A stretch of 64,000 nucleotides of DNA from a virus (IMGVR_UViG_3300027847_001698); one strand, 5' to 3'; counted from the first letter of the stretch, positions 36,153 through 46,935 are shown. Notes: generated from the letters alone by a model not told the origin. Program-made: numbers and translations.

Positions 36153-37366
36153 TCTGTTATCCCATCCATATCCATAATTATGGCTTTGGGATTTATATTA
36201 TATATAATTTCTTTAAGTTTACTTGATAGGTTCCATGACAATATCAATACATAAACCCCTTTATACTTTTCTAGTATTTCATCCCCGGTAATTAGTATTC
36301 TGCTTAATGGAGTATATTTTCCTTGTTTATATTCGGAACAATCCGTAACATAATCTATAACACTACTATCAAGATTATAAAAATTAAGAAATGTATTCCC
36401 CTTTGCTGCTGCACCAACTGCTACAATATTATGCCCCATAGTTTTCAAGGTATATATTTTCTGTAAAAAACTATTTCTTCTACTAAGAATACTTTGCATG
36501 AAAGAATCATACGTAGAAGGTTCAAATAAACCCATAGCCTCTTCTTGAGCTTTAAACTCTCTAACTGAATAAGGAGAACGTACTTTCTTCTTTCCTGCAT
36601 ATATTCTTAATGATCCACCATGATAATCAACAATCTCCGCATCATAAATATATAATCCAGCTTTTCCGAGTAGATTTTGTAAACCAGTTATCGTAAAATA
36701 ACTAACATGTTCATGATAGATTTGATCAAAACGTTGAGTCTCAACTGATGTTGCCCAATATGGTTGTTCACATACAAATGTTCCATTCTCTACTAGTACG
36801 CTTGCAACACCTTTAGCAAAATCTAAAGGATCATTAGAATGATTGAATACATTATTTGCTAGTACAACATCGGCGGCAGTCATATGATCTGCCATATTTA
36901 AATCAAAACACCCATGAATCACATCAATGTCATTTTCGTTAGATATATCCACCATTGCTTTTGCTGCATCTACTCCAGATACATTCATTCCAATAGATTT
37001 AAATTGATTACATAAATAACCATCATTAGATCCAATTTCTACAAGTATAGATTCTGGTTTCAATGATAATTTTTCAGTCACCGTTAATGCATATTCCTCC
37101 CAATGAGCTCTCGCTATTCCCGAATTAGATGATGTATACGAATAATCATAATCATTATATCGTTTAACAGCATCTGATTCATAACCCGTTTGGATATGTC
37201 CACACTTTTGACATAAATGACATTCTAATGGCAACACTGGTTCTGATTCTTCTAATCGTTCTTCCCCTATAAACGTATCACTAAATGGATGAACTCCTAA
37301 TTGAATTATAGGGATTAATGTTTTAGATTTACATGATAGGCATTCAGTTCTTCTCATTTTATCCAC
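36149..37366 (-). CDS. NDP-hexose C-methyltransferase
   Basis: C..C...LG.HP...CGH.Q zinc domain, EIGSNDG, FDQIYHEH, HGGSLR, GAAAKGNT. Confidence 0.9.
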   Translation of the reverse strand: MDKMRRTECLSCKSKTLIPIIQLGVHPFSDTFIGEERLEESEPVLPLECHLCQKCGHIQTGYESDAVKRYNDYDYSYTSSNSGIARAHWEEYALTVTEKLSLKPESILVEIGSNDGYLCNQFKSIGMNVSGVDAAKAMVDISNENDIDVIHGCFDLNMADHMTAADVVLANNVFNHSNDPLDFAKGVASVLVENGTFVCEQPYWATSVETQRFDQIYHEHVSYFTITGLQNLLGKAGLYIYDAEIVDYHGGSLRIYAGKKKVRSPYSVREFKAQEEAMGLFEPSTYDSFMQSILSRRNSFLQKIYTLKTMGHNIVAVGAAAKGNTFLNFYNLDSSVIDYVTDCSEYKQGKYTPLSRILITGDEILEKYKGVYVLILSWNLSSKLKEIIYNINPKAIIMDMDGITE

Positions 37367-37764
37367 GCCTTATCGTTTGATTGACCTAGATATGGTCCAT
37401 TTTTAAATTCAAAGACCTTAGTTCCATCTTCAATCATTTCAAAGAAATGGCCACCTCTAAATGTCATACAATAATCTGATGGCAACAATTCTACTTCTTG
37501 TAGTATTGTATCATCTAAATCATAAAATACAGCTTTAAGAACTCCAGCTATAACTATGATTGATTCTTGGGTTATATTATTTTCTTTCTTTACTTCTAAA
37601 TGTTTATGTGCTTCAAATCTTTTTCCAGTATTACCTTTTATTATAGCCATCTGTAAGGCTTCTTGTTCAGTAGTAACATCACATCTACCTTCACTTATGT
37701 CGTCAATATTCCCAACTACATGAAGAAGATTCCCAGGTTCAATTTTAGAATATATTTTTTCCAT
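37354..37764 (-). CDS. WbuC-like cupin
   Basis: FEAHKH, TQE.I.V..G, GGHFFE, KNGPY. Confidence 0.75.
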   Translation of the reverse strand: MEKIYSKIEPGNLLHVVGNIDDISEGRCDVTTEQEALQMAIIKGNTGKRFEAHKHLEVKKENNITQESIIVIAGVLKAVFYDLDDTILQEVELLPSDYCMTFRGGHFFEMIEDGTKVFEFKNGPYLGQSNDKAWIK

Positions 37765-37765
37765 T

Positions 37766-38572
37766 TTACGCTTGTATTAGTGTTAGGTTTCCCCAATCTT
37801 TATTGGGAGTGCTTATATTGTTTTGTATATTGGATACAGATTTATATTTATTTGCTTTCATCTCGACATATATTTTATGTCTTGATTCGTCTGAGTGAGT
37901 TTCATGACTTACACATGAATGTTCACTTGATATGAATCTATAGTTATTAACAAATTCATGTGGTTCTAAATCTTCTCTATCATCCAAATGACTACATATT
38001 TCAACTAAAGGAGTAGATTTATTAAATATCATTATTCGGTTTAATAAATCTCTTTCTTCTGATCCCCAACCTACAAATTCTTCATCGAATCCTAAAACTG
38101 ATTCAACTAGTTTTCGAGGATAAACCCAACAACTACCATAACGGTCACCTTTTTTGAACTCATAATAAGATTCTTGATATGGGAACGTCATGCCATTTCT
38201 TGATCCGTCTTTAGTTTCATAACATGCAATCTTAAAAACAGTTGATGGACTTGATTCTAACATTGGGACTAATGTTTCTAAAAATTGACTATCAAATCTG
38301 AAATCACAATCCCAACCTAAAACGAAATCGGATTCGCTTCGTTTAAATCCAAAATTCAAAAGTTTTCCTCTACTCCAATCACAATCAAGATCAACAACAT
38401 AATGTGTTAAATTATCTAATTTTATAGTATCCGGATTTACTATATTTTCACTAACTGCTTCCGTTATAACAAACGCACAATCATTCAGGTTATCTTGAGT
38501 TGAGATAGATTTAATAGAATCGGGAATCATATGAAGTCTATCTTTCAAACACATACAAAATGTCAATATCAT
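37766..38572 (-). CDS. GT2/GT7-like glycosyltransferase
   Basis: WSRGKLLNFG, WDCD, GFDEEFVGWGSEERD. Confidence 0.85.
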   Translation of the reverse strand: MILTFCMCLKDRLHMIPDSIKSISTQDNLNDCAFVITEAVSENIVNPDTIKLDNLTHYVVDLDCDWSRGKLLNFGFKRSESDFVLGWDCDFRFDSQFLETLVPMLESSPSTVFKIACYETKDGSRNGMTFPYQESYYEFKKGDRYGSCWVYPRKLVESVLGFDEEFVGWGSEERDLLNRIMIFNKSTPLVEICSHLDDREDLEPHEFVNNYRFISSEHSCVSHETHSDESRHKIYVEMKANKYKSVSNIQNNISTPNKDWGNLTLIQA

Positions 38573-41500
38573 GTTATTAATTCTTCTTCTAATGTAGACA
38601 TCCTAAAACAATCTAAACTACTACCAGGACTACAATTAACTACTTCCACCCCATGTTCCTTAGAGAATTCAGCAAATGCATTCCATGCTGGTCTATGAAA
38701 TATTTCTGGTTTAGGATAGTTATATTTATCCCCAACTTTTTGGTAATCATCAAGCCAATAGTTTTCATTTTTTGCAGGCGGTTTAGTTATTACTAACTTC
38801 CCTCCAATTTCAGATGCACCATCAACTATTTCTTTGTACTTACAGTCAACCCCAACAAGAATTATTTTTGTATAACCCAAGATGAGTGCTACTTGACAAC
38901 AGTTAACTCCAGTGTTTCCACCATAACCAAACGTTTCAAATGTATCTCCAAATTCAGCAATGTCACTATTTCTCAAATGAAGATTGACATATTGAAATCT
39001 ATCATTAGCAGAAATATTCAAAGCCATAAAAAAGCGTTTAATTGGTACATTTGAGTCATTTATCATCTTCTCAAATTCAGCTTGGTGATTAGGTATTACT
39101 GTTTCATCAAAGCAACCAAAATACTTAGGCCACCATTTGTTTTCATAATACCATCTATATGCACCATTCATTCCAAACGTATCAACATTCTCAATTAAAT
39201 CAAAATTGATTTCTTTCATTGATGGCCCATTACCCATTATCACTATAGTTTTTTGGGTGTAATCTTTCTTTTCTACCAGTTTAGAATCTCCCCATCCGTT
39301 AGGATTAACTTCCATTACTCGTCCTCTTTGATTTTTAATCATTCTTCGTTTATTTATGTCATAATGTGCCATATCATCTCTACTTTCATCACCATGAGAT
39401 AAATGATATATGTATCCATGCTCTGTAATATATTCCACGTCAATACCATACTTCCTGCATATCCGATCGTTAGCATCTAACTCCTCAAAACCATAAAATT
39501 TAAATTCCTCATCATATCCATTTACTCCCTGAATATGTTTCGTTTTATAAATATACATTCCACCATATAATTGACCTGGATGAAACTTATGACCCCCCCT
39601 ATATGAATGTCCAGTCTCCGTGACACGTATACCATAAAATGTTTGAGTGAAATTCCACCCCAACAAGTCTTCTCTAAAAGTGTTTAGAAATTTATCTGGA
39701 AAAATAAAATCAGCATCCCATGAACTAACAAAAGTGGTTGTTGCTCGTCTAAATCCATAGTTACATGTTTTGGATCTATTCCATTTATCACCGGTATTAA
39801 TTACATAATGATCTATATGTTTAGCATATTTGAAATTGGAAAGATCTAATAAGTCATCACTGTAATCTTCTGATATAATAAAATTACAATAAGGGATTGT
39901 TCTTTCATTAACTAAACTTTCAATAGATCTAATAGCTGTTTCTGATCTATTTTTTAGACACATACAAAATGTTATTAGTTTTGAATCCTTTACTATTACT
40001 TGTAAATTTCCAGCTCTTCCCCAATTAGGATTAGTCCATTTGGAATTATTCGCTAATGGTAAATTGCCAGTCGCTCTGTCTTGAAAAAATGAACCAACTT
40101 TTGGAGTTGCACGTCTAGCGTGATTTATATGCAAAAGTATATAATCAGAATTACTATGGAGATCTATACTATCTGTTTTTTCAAGTCTTCTACATAACTC
40201 AGTATCATCATGACCCCATCCAAATATATCTTCACTATAACCACATGCCTTATGCCAATCTCCACGATGCATTGCAAAACATGCACCAAGACCACCTTTA
40301 TCTTTATCTAGACCTTCCCACTTCTCTAATGTCATACTTGGTTGCTGTTTAGATACATGAGAACATAAGCATATTCTGGCATGACCTAACGATACTTCAT
40401 CTCGTAAATAATTGAAAATATTAGAAGTGAACATGATGTCAATATCAGTTTTCACTATTATAGCAGACGTATCCTGAACTGCCCTTATTCCATAATTTAC
40501 AGTCTTCCCTATTGAAAATTGAGTCTGTTCAATTGGATACATGATGTATGATACATTATCATAATTAGAATTGTAATGGGTATTAGTTACTACAATTACG
40601 TTAATTTGCATAGATACAAATACAGATCTGTTCATTTCAAGAAAGGCATCTACCTTTCTTTTTTCTATATTATATCCTGCAACTACAACATATATTGGAA
40701 TTATATCTTTAGCTATTGATTTTATACGATTGATATATACTACTTCGGTTGATATATCAGGGTGATTAACTCCAGATGATCCTTTCCGTCTATGGATAAT
40801 AGTATTTGTTTTAGGAGTGTCTAACTTCCCAATAAGCTTCCCAAATATTTTTCCGGAAGTAGTTGACACTCCAGTATAATTTAAAAAATCTACTGAGAAA
40901 TCTAATACAGTAACAGTTCCTTTTGAATCATTCCACCGTATTCGTAATCTCCTTCCTTTAACTGCCAACTCTCCCCTAATTCCACCCCACCCCGTACATT
41001 CCCCAAGAATAGAAAAGTAAAACTCAGTCTTAATACCTTTAATAGAGTTATAACTATAAGTCCGACCTATTAATAAGGTTAGAATATCTTGTTTGTCCAT
41101 TATGTATGCCTCTTCGCCTTCATTACAGTCCTTATTGTACCATTCCATATTTCGAGCCACATAAGGGCGTCTGGACCTAAGAGCACAATCACCTTGTACA
41201 TATCGTTGATATACAGCAAACGAATCATTAATATCCGCATAATATGCATCTTTATCTGGCATTAAGTTTTGCCAGTGTTGTTCTTCCTCTATAATTCTGT
41301 CAGGTTTAGATTGAATTTCGGGTAGATCGTTTATCTCTAGTGACAATCCAACCTTTTTCATGGTCGGATATTTTCTTGCTAGACTGATTAAAAAATCAAT
41401 GCTGTTTGATGGACAATTCTCTTTTGGTAATATAGAACTACTTGTTATAAAATAATAATTAAACTCACCTATAAGTTTTAGTTCTCTATTTAATATATCG

Positions 41501-41790
41501 TAATCCAATTTTGGGAAAGATACAAACTTTATATCACTATATGTATTCTTTAGACTGTCAGGTATTTCCTCGTATGCAACATACAAGGAAAGGCTATGTC
41601 CAGTTTTACATCTAGTAAACCAAGCTAATATTCTTCGTAAATACGAAATCGGATTCTTTTTGTAATGCAGTATAATTATTGGTATTTTATTATTTTCTTT
41701 TACGTTCATAAAAAAACGGGATTTAACCCGCTCTTCCAAATTAAGGTTTAATTTCTTGGGTGTCTCCGCATTCACCTGAAGCGCATTCAC
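38569..41790 (-). CDS. 1073-aa multi-domain glycosyltransferase (three GT-A-type modules plus C-terminal GT42/DUF115-like module)
   Basis: KVGLSLEINDLP module; KTDID...GYSEDIFGWGHDD; WDAD...GYDEEFKFYGFEE; IMGNGPSMKEIN...LGY..IILVGVD. Confidence 0.85.
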   Translation of the reverse strand: MNALQVNAETPKKLNLNLEERVKSRFFMNVKENNKIPIIILHYKKNPISYLRRILAWFTRCKTGHSLSLYVAYEEIPDSLKNTYSDIKFVSFPKLDYDILNRELKLIGEFNYYFITSSSILPKENCPSNSIDFLISLARKYPTMKKVGLSLEINDLPEIQSKPDRIIEEEQHWQNLMPDKDAYYADINDSFAVYQRYVQGDCALRSRRPYVARNMEWYNKDCNEGEEAYIMDKQDILTLLIGRTYSYNSIKGIKTEFYFSILGECTGWGGIRGELAVKGRRLRIRWNDSKGTVTVLDFSVDFLNYTGVSTTSGKIFGKLIGKLDTPKTNTIIHRRKGSSGVNHPDISTEVVYINRIKSIAKDIIPIYVVVAGYNIEKRKVDAFLEMNRSVFVSMQINVIVVTNTHYNSNYDNVSYIMYPIEQTQFSIGKTVNYGIRAVQDTSAIIVKTDIDIMFTSNIFNYLRDEVSLGHARICLCSHVSKQQPSMTLEKWEGLDKDKGGLGACFAMHRGDWHKACGYSEDIFGWGHDDTELCRRLEKTDSIDLHSNSDYILLHINHARRATPKVGSFFQDRATGNLPLANNSKWTNPNWGRAGNLQVIVKDSKLITFCMCLKNRSETAIRSIESLVNERTIPYCNFIISEDYSDDLLDLSNFKYAKHIDHYVINTGDKWNRSKTCNYGFRRATTTFVSSWDADFIFPDKFLNTFREDLLGWNFTQTFYGIRVTETGHSYRGGHKFHPGQLYGGMYIYKTKHIQGVNGYDEEFKFYGFEELDANDRICRKYGIDVEYITEHGYIYHLSHGDESRDDMAHYDINKRRMIKNQRGRVMEVNPNGWGDSKLVEKKDYTQKTIVIMGNGPSMKEINFDLIENVDTFGMNGAYRWYYENKWWPKYFGCFDETVIPNHQAEFEKMINDSNVPIKRFFMALNISANDRFQYVNLHLRNSDIAEFGDTFETFGYGGNTGVNCCQVALILGYTKIILVGVDCKYKEIVDGASEIGGKLVITKPPAKNENYWLDDYQKVGDKYNYPKPEIFHRPAWNAFAEFSKEHGVEVVNCSPGSSLDCFRMSTLEEELIT

Positions 41791-42196
41791 TTAACACCCC
41801 AGAAATACTATCATCCGATACGGTATGAATGCATCTTTTCCCGGATGAATCAATGATGATTACTTTATACGTCCCCTCAACCGGAGGATCCATATATGCA
41901 GGAGCAGGATCAGCAGCAGATTTATGATTTGCTTTCCACATAAGTTTATTAGAGTCGGAAAGCGTAAGAGCATACGCCGTCGTGATTGCCGATCTAGTGG
42001 CCTCCCATATTTGACAGGGAACCGGATCCAGTGTGCTTTTCACCAAAGTTTCTGTAAGATTTCTAACAAATCTAGCAAATTCTAAAGCTTCAGCTTCAGT
42101 ATTGAACTCAAGTTTAATATCTGTATTCTGATCGAAGTCAAACTGCGGCTGCAGTTCTTCCCACGGCGACAAATCCCAAAACGTTGTAACTGGCAT
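41741..42196 (-). CDS. Hypothetical protein
   Basis: 151 aa, GC-richer DNA. Confidence 0.65.
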   Translation of the reverse strand: MPVTTFWDLSPWEELQPQFDFDQNTDIKLEFNTEAEALEFARFVRNLTETLVKSTLDPVPCQIWEATRSAITTAYALTLSDSNKLMWKANHKSAADPAPAYMDPPVEGTYKVIIIDSSGKRCIHTVSDDSISGVLSECASGECGDTQEIKP

Positions 42197-42282
42197 AATT
42201 TCACCAAAGTTAATTAGTTATAAACGATTGCTTCAATTATAGATATATATAGAATTAATTTTCTTACTTATTTACAGGTTAG

Positions 42283-42290
42283 AGAACAAA
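42283..42290 (+). promoter_or_regulatory. AGAACAAA motif, candidate late promoter (representative copy)
   Basis: Also intergenic at 47835, 51585, 53436, 57347 and 58649 (+), variant GGAACAAA at 55183, and on the minus strand at 9122, 14123 and 25180. Confidence 0.55.
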
Positions 42291-42312
42291 AAAATAATTA
42301 AAGGATTGATTT

Positions 42313-42825
42313 ATGACAACCATTCAAAACATTCTAAAGAATATAGTTCCCGGTCAAGCAAGTCAAGGATATGGTTATATATTTAAGGCTTTAAATGACT
42401 TCTATAAAAGTATTAGTAAAGAAATAACAATAACATATGTAAAAAAAGAAGCAGGTGGAACTACGGTATATTACGAATTGCCATCTTCTGATAGAACCAA
42501 GATATACACTATAGTAATTTGGTTTGATTCTATAACTAGAGTAAGTTCAGGGACGGCTGTTAAAATTTATTCCGATTCCCCAAATTTCGCTTATACCTTT
42601 GCTTACACTTTTAATAACACTAAGGATCTTTTGTATTCAGACAAGTACCCACAGCAATTTATAAATATTCCACCAAAAAAAAGAAATCCGAGTGGATCTA
42701 AAGGATTTGATAAACATGTTTACTCATGCCTTAAACTAGCAACTAAACATGATTTAGCTACACTAGCTAGCAAATTTGAGACTATGCAAGAACCTATAGT
42801 TCCTCGATTTATTTCGCAGAAGTAG
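42313..42825 (+). CDS. Hypothetical protein, possibly a degenerate SWIM-like fold
   Basis: SDSPNF.Y.F.Y...RNP...DKH resembles C.CPDF...NP...CKH with the Cys residues lost. Confidence 0.55.
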   Translation: MTTIQNILKNIVPGQASQGYGYIFKALNDFYKSISKEITITYVKKEAGGTTVYYELPSSDRTKIYTIVIWFDSITRVSSGTAVKIYSDSPNFAYTFAYTFNNTKDLLYSDKYPQQFINIPPKKRNPSGSKGFDKHVYSCLKLATKHDLATLASKFETMQEPIVPRFISQK

Positions 42826-43042
42826 ATATTATCATATACCCTTAGTGATATAGTTTCTATCTTATATGAATATACGCGTGTCACAACTACGTTGTTCATC
42901 ATCAGGGCATAATAATTTATTAATTATATAGTCCCGTCACCTATTGATAATAAACGTTTTTTATCTTAGCCATATCATATCTCAATGTTCAAGTCTACTA
43001 GAACTATTAATCCTAGTAGACTTAACAATAATTAATTTTTAA

Positions 43043-44152
43043 TTAGATATGTTGTTCTAACTTGTTAATTGCATTGTTAGCTATAAATTCACTAGCTGCC
43101 TTTTTATTGAATTTTATAAATAATATTTCAGGAAGTTGATCTATTGAATCTGCAGTTGTTTCAACTTGAGCTAATGGTACAAAATTAGATCTTGTAGAGA
43201 TTCGTAATATCGTTTTCTCTCCAGTTCTAATTCTGTGTCTATTTGAATTATCTATAGCAAGGTAATAGAATACCCTTTCATCATCTTCTAAATATGCTAA
43301 TGATTCTTCTGTTAAACCTGTTCCTTTAACTCGAATAGAATTAGAAAGTATTTCGAATACTTTATAATTATTCATATCTTCAGGGTCAGTTATTTGGACT
43401 TCATTTAAGTTAGTTAACTCAACAACATCCATATTTCTAAACTGTGACAATTCAACATTGGCACTTGCTAGAAAGTCTTGACCATATTTTCTAGAGAATC
43501 TATTCAAATGACATCTATTCATGAAATCATTATTTTCAATAGCGACCTTCAGATTAGATGGCCGTCTGAGTTCTTGACGTGTTAGAAATTCTCTAGTGAA
43601 CGATTGGGTCTCATATAACTTATTCCATAATTCCTCATCATCATATGACCCTGCTGGCAATGATGTATGAATAGTTCTAGAATTTTGATCTTCTTGCCAA
43701 CTAACTTCAAATTCAATATAATCAGTATTAGAGAATATAAAAGTATCAGATTGTTGAGCTTGGTTACCGGTAGAAGTTCTAAACATTATAGGTGCCAATT
43801 TGTAATTGGTATCAACTATAATAGTTCGCTTTCCATAAGCACCATAACATGTACCTGATAATCTCGTTTCGTTTAGGATTCTACAATCTCCTAAAACTAT
43901 TGATGCCATTGCTTCAGCAGTAATATCATTCTCATCGTACTGAAAATACAATTTAGATGATTGGGCTGATGCATTTCTTCTAGATCTGGGAACGTCTATC
44001 TTGACAATATCCGGATCATAACTATATTCTATGCCTTTATGTACAACACACATTCTGGCGGAAAGAGAACTAAAGCCTGGATTAAATCGTACATATTTGA
44101 ATCCACTTTTGCTTATAGTTCCATTTCTATTAATTTTTAAGACTCCTATCAT
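43043..44152 (-). CDS. Hypothetical protein
   Basis: 369-aa ORF directly downstream of the AAA ATPase. Confidence 0.7.
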   Translation of the reverse strand: MIGVLKINRNGTISKSGFKYVRFNPGFSSLSARMCVVHKGIEYSYDPDIVKIDVPRSRRNASAQSSKLYFQYDENDITAEAMASIVLGDCRILNETRLSGTCYGAYGKRTIIVDTNYKLAPIMFRTSTGNQAQQSDTFIFSNTDYIEFEVSWQEDQNSRTIHTSLPAGSYDDEELWNKLYETQSFTREFLTRQELRRPSNLKVAIENNDFMNRCHLNRFSRKYGQDFLASANVELSQFRNMDVVELTNLNEVQITDPEDMNNYKVFEILSNSIRVKGTGLTEESLAYLEDDERVFYYLAIDNSNRHRIRTGEKTILRISTRSNFVPLAQVETTADSIDQLPEILFIKFNKKAASEFIANNAINKLEQHI

Positions 44153-44160
44153 TTTATCTC

Positions 44161-45411
44161 CTATACTATAACTATAATGTCTTTAATAAGGGCAACAACT
44201 TCACTATCCGCCAAAAGGCGTCTAGTGACCGGGGATGATACCTTCTGTTTGTTTCCTGACTGTTCCTCTCCTATAAGCAATTTTAATCCTAATGGAATGA
44301 TTGCTCTGAATTTTATTGCCAATGGTTTAATAATATCATCTTTGACAATATCTATCATTGGTGATACTGTTTTATCTTCTTTAAAATTATTATTTCTAAG
44401 ATGTTTAAGTAACTCACCGATTGTCGCACTCATTAATGCATAACAATCTACTTGGTTCATAGATGATATGACCCAATCCTTCGGGGAAGTTCTATCGTTT
44501 TCTGTTAAAACTACTTTTCTAGTTCCATTTAGGATTTCAAAAGATACCCATTTAGCCAAGAGTTGTCTGTATTCTACAAACTTCCCTGCATATTCTGGCC
44601 CAACACATCCTTTCATTACAGTATCAACCATATTAGCTGACAAATCCCCGCCCTCTATTATAGTTTCTAGCATGTCTAGTTCCATTGAAGCATAGGTCCA
44701 ACTTCTTGGACTGGCCCACGAACTACTTTCTAATGGAGTACTACTGAAACATTCCTCTGAATGTTGTAAGAACGATATAATATCTGGTCTTACTTGATTG
44801 GGTATTGCAAAATTAGTCACCCAACTATCAACATCGTAATCAACATAGATGTATCTCATTCTATTAGCAATTGGTGCTAACGTTTGCTGGAATCCTGCTT
44901 TATCATCAGACGAATTTCCTGCAAGTACAATTGCTACTCGTTCAGGTAATTTATGACTGTGTATCTTTTTACTACCCAACAATTGGAACATGTAATTCTG
45001 AATTGATTTTTGGGCAGTGTGGGCATCATCTAATAATAGAACAACAGGACTGTCGTCAGACGCTGGAGATACTTGTAGATTATGCTTGAAATTGAATATT
45101 TCAGGTGTTGACCATGGAACGAATTTCTCCGTGTCACCATCATCAGTCACCTTAATCATCGGCATTCCCGACAGCATATCAATTGTCATCTGACTTATAA
45201 ATACGACAACAAGACCCCAGCCTTGTTCTCTGCATATATGTTCCATCCATTCACTTTTCCCTAATCCCGGAGGTCCAGAGATCCATAATGTTGGAGACTG
45301 TTGTTTTGTTTTGTTTCTTTTTATTTGCAGTTGTACGTTACTGACAATATGAGGAGTTAACTCGCTTAATGTGAGACTTTGATTTGTAGTTATCGTTCGT
45401 TGTTGTGGCAT
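44161..45411 (-). CDS. AAA+ ATPase (MoxR/AAA_5-like)
   Basis: GPPGLGKS Walker A, LLLDD Walker B, AGN, PIANR. Confidence 0.9.
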   Translation of the reverse strand: MPQQRTITTNQSLTLSELTPHIVSNVQLQIKRNKTKQQSPTLWISGPPGLGKSEWMEHICREQGWGLVVVFISQMTIDMLSGMPMIKVTDDGDTEKFVPWSTPEIFNFKHNLQVSPASDDSPVVLLLDDAHTAQKSIQNYMFQLLGSKKIHSHKLPERVAIVLAGNSSDDKAGFQQTLAPIANRMRYIYVDYDVDSWVTNFAIPNQVRPDIISFLQHSEECFSSTPLESSSWASPRSWTYASMELDMLETIIEGGDLSANMVDTVMKGCVGPEYAGKFVEYRQLLAKWVSFEILNGTRKVVLTENDRTSPKDWVISSMNQVDCYALMSATIGELLKHLRNNNFKEDKTVSPMIDIVKDDIIKPLAIKFRAIIPLGLKLLIGEEQSGNKQKVSSPVTRRLLADSEVVALIKDIIVIV

Positions 45412-45420
45412 AAATTCTCC

Positions 45421-46866
45421 TTACTGATTAATTCTTATTACTCGTCCCAATAAACCGTGTACATTGTGATCACTATTTACAATCCATACTCTAGGAATAG
45501 AACTAGGTATGATATTTTGAGTTGTTTCTAAATCTGAATATAAATCTGTACATCCTACTAAAACTGATGGCTGTATATCTTGTCTTGATTTCATAAATTC
45601 AGCTATTTTCTCAAACACCCATTTATGAGATGTTCCGCCTGCATGACGCCTTTTTAATAAATCTTTTATTTCATCTTTCTCTCCACTTATACCTTTTTCA
45701 TAAAATTTAAGCCAGACATTATCATAATCATGAGTGGCTAACAAAACACCATCATAATATTCATCAGCTTCTATTGTTATTGATAATGCTTTAGTTACAT
45801 CTTCATCTGACATTGATCCAGACTGATCACTTACAAATATAGCATATCCTGGTATCTCATCCTCGTCAAAATTCGGCAAGTATGGCATATATGGATTTGC
45901 AAGCCACACCGTTCTAGGCATATGCCAAATTTGATCTTGGCTTACCTGTAATGCAGTCAAAATAGAATCTTTAAGTATTCTGGCCCAATCTATTTTGATT
46001 TTAAGTAGTCGTCTTAAAAATGCTTGAAATGATGTCGACCCTATACCTTTGGATAGAGTCTCCCCTAATTTTCCTCTAGCTATGGCTGTTCTGCCTTCTT
46101 TTTCTCCAGCTTTATCTTTACCAATAATCTGTTCTAATGGTGGAAAGTTAATATCCGTTCTAGTGTGTCCACCAAGACCAGGAAGATCAATTGTTGTTTC
46201 AGTTATCTCAACTACTTGGCCATCTATATCCTCAGGACTTTTAGAAATGGAAGGAGTTTCTCCTTCTCCATCTACTGAATTTTTAAAGTCGGCATACGAC
46301 ATATAGTACTTTTTCTTTTTGTAAGATTTAGAAGCTAATTGAGAATAGACTTCTTCCTCTAGCATATTCTCAAACATACTATTTAATAAAATATACCCAT
46401 CAGGAATTTCAGATATGCCCAAGTTGACCAAGTTGTCTGCCTTAGACGATGTTTGATTATGGGATTCTTCTTCCAAATGTTTTAGTATTAAATTAATAAC
46501 ATAGTCACATGCTATATTCCATAACTCTGGATCTCTATGGCCTCTTCTTCTATTATGTTGAAGCATTATATGTAATACTTCGTGCATAAAAAGAGTACTC
46601 AATAATTGACTTCTCGTTATCCTTTTCCCTACCACGGTGAAAAAAGCAGATGTGGGACATATCCATATTGTTTCATAATCAGTACATGCAGGAACATCCT
46701 GTGGAAATGGAAGACTATCTACAAACTTTATATCATAATTTAAACATTCTAATGCAAACGGTAAAAATATATTATCTCGTAATGCTGTGGATAATATAAC
46801 ATCCTTCTCTCTTTGTAATTTAGGGAGCTCTCTTGTGAATAATGCTTTTCTATTTAGGTCAGACAT
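45421..46866 (-). CDS. DUF2201-type metallopeptidase-vWA protein
   Basis: HEVLH...WNIACDYVIN; C-terminal DQSGSMS MIDAS; GGT. Confidence 0.88.
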   Translation of the reverse strand: MSDLNRKALFTRELPKLQREKDVILSTALRDNIFLPFALECLNYDIKFVDSLPFPQDVPACTDYETIWICPTSAFFTVVGKRITRSQLLSTLFMHEVLHIMLQHNRRRGHRDPELWNIACDYVINLILKHLEEESHNQTSSKADNLVNLGISEIPDGYILLNSMFENMLEEEVYSQLASKSYKKKKYYMSYADFKNSVDGEGETPSISKSPEDIDGQVVEITETTIDLPGLGGHTRTDINFPPLEQIIGKDKAGEKEGRTAIARGKLGETLSKGIGSTSFQAFLRRLLKIKIDWARILKDSILTALQVSQDQIWHMPRTVWLANPYMPYLPNFDEDEIPGYAIFVSDQSGSMSDEDVTKALSITIEADEYYDGVLLATHDYDNVWLKFYEKGISGEKDEIKDLLKRRHAGGTSHKWVFEKIAEFMKSRQDIQPSVLVGCTDLYSDLETTQNIIPSSIPRVWIVNSDHNVHGLLGRVIRINQ

Positions 46867-46935
46867 ATTTATTTACCCTCCTAAAAAAAACAAAGTGACA
46901 AAGGTATTACCCCCTGCCACTCTATTTTTTTTACG

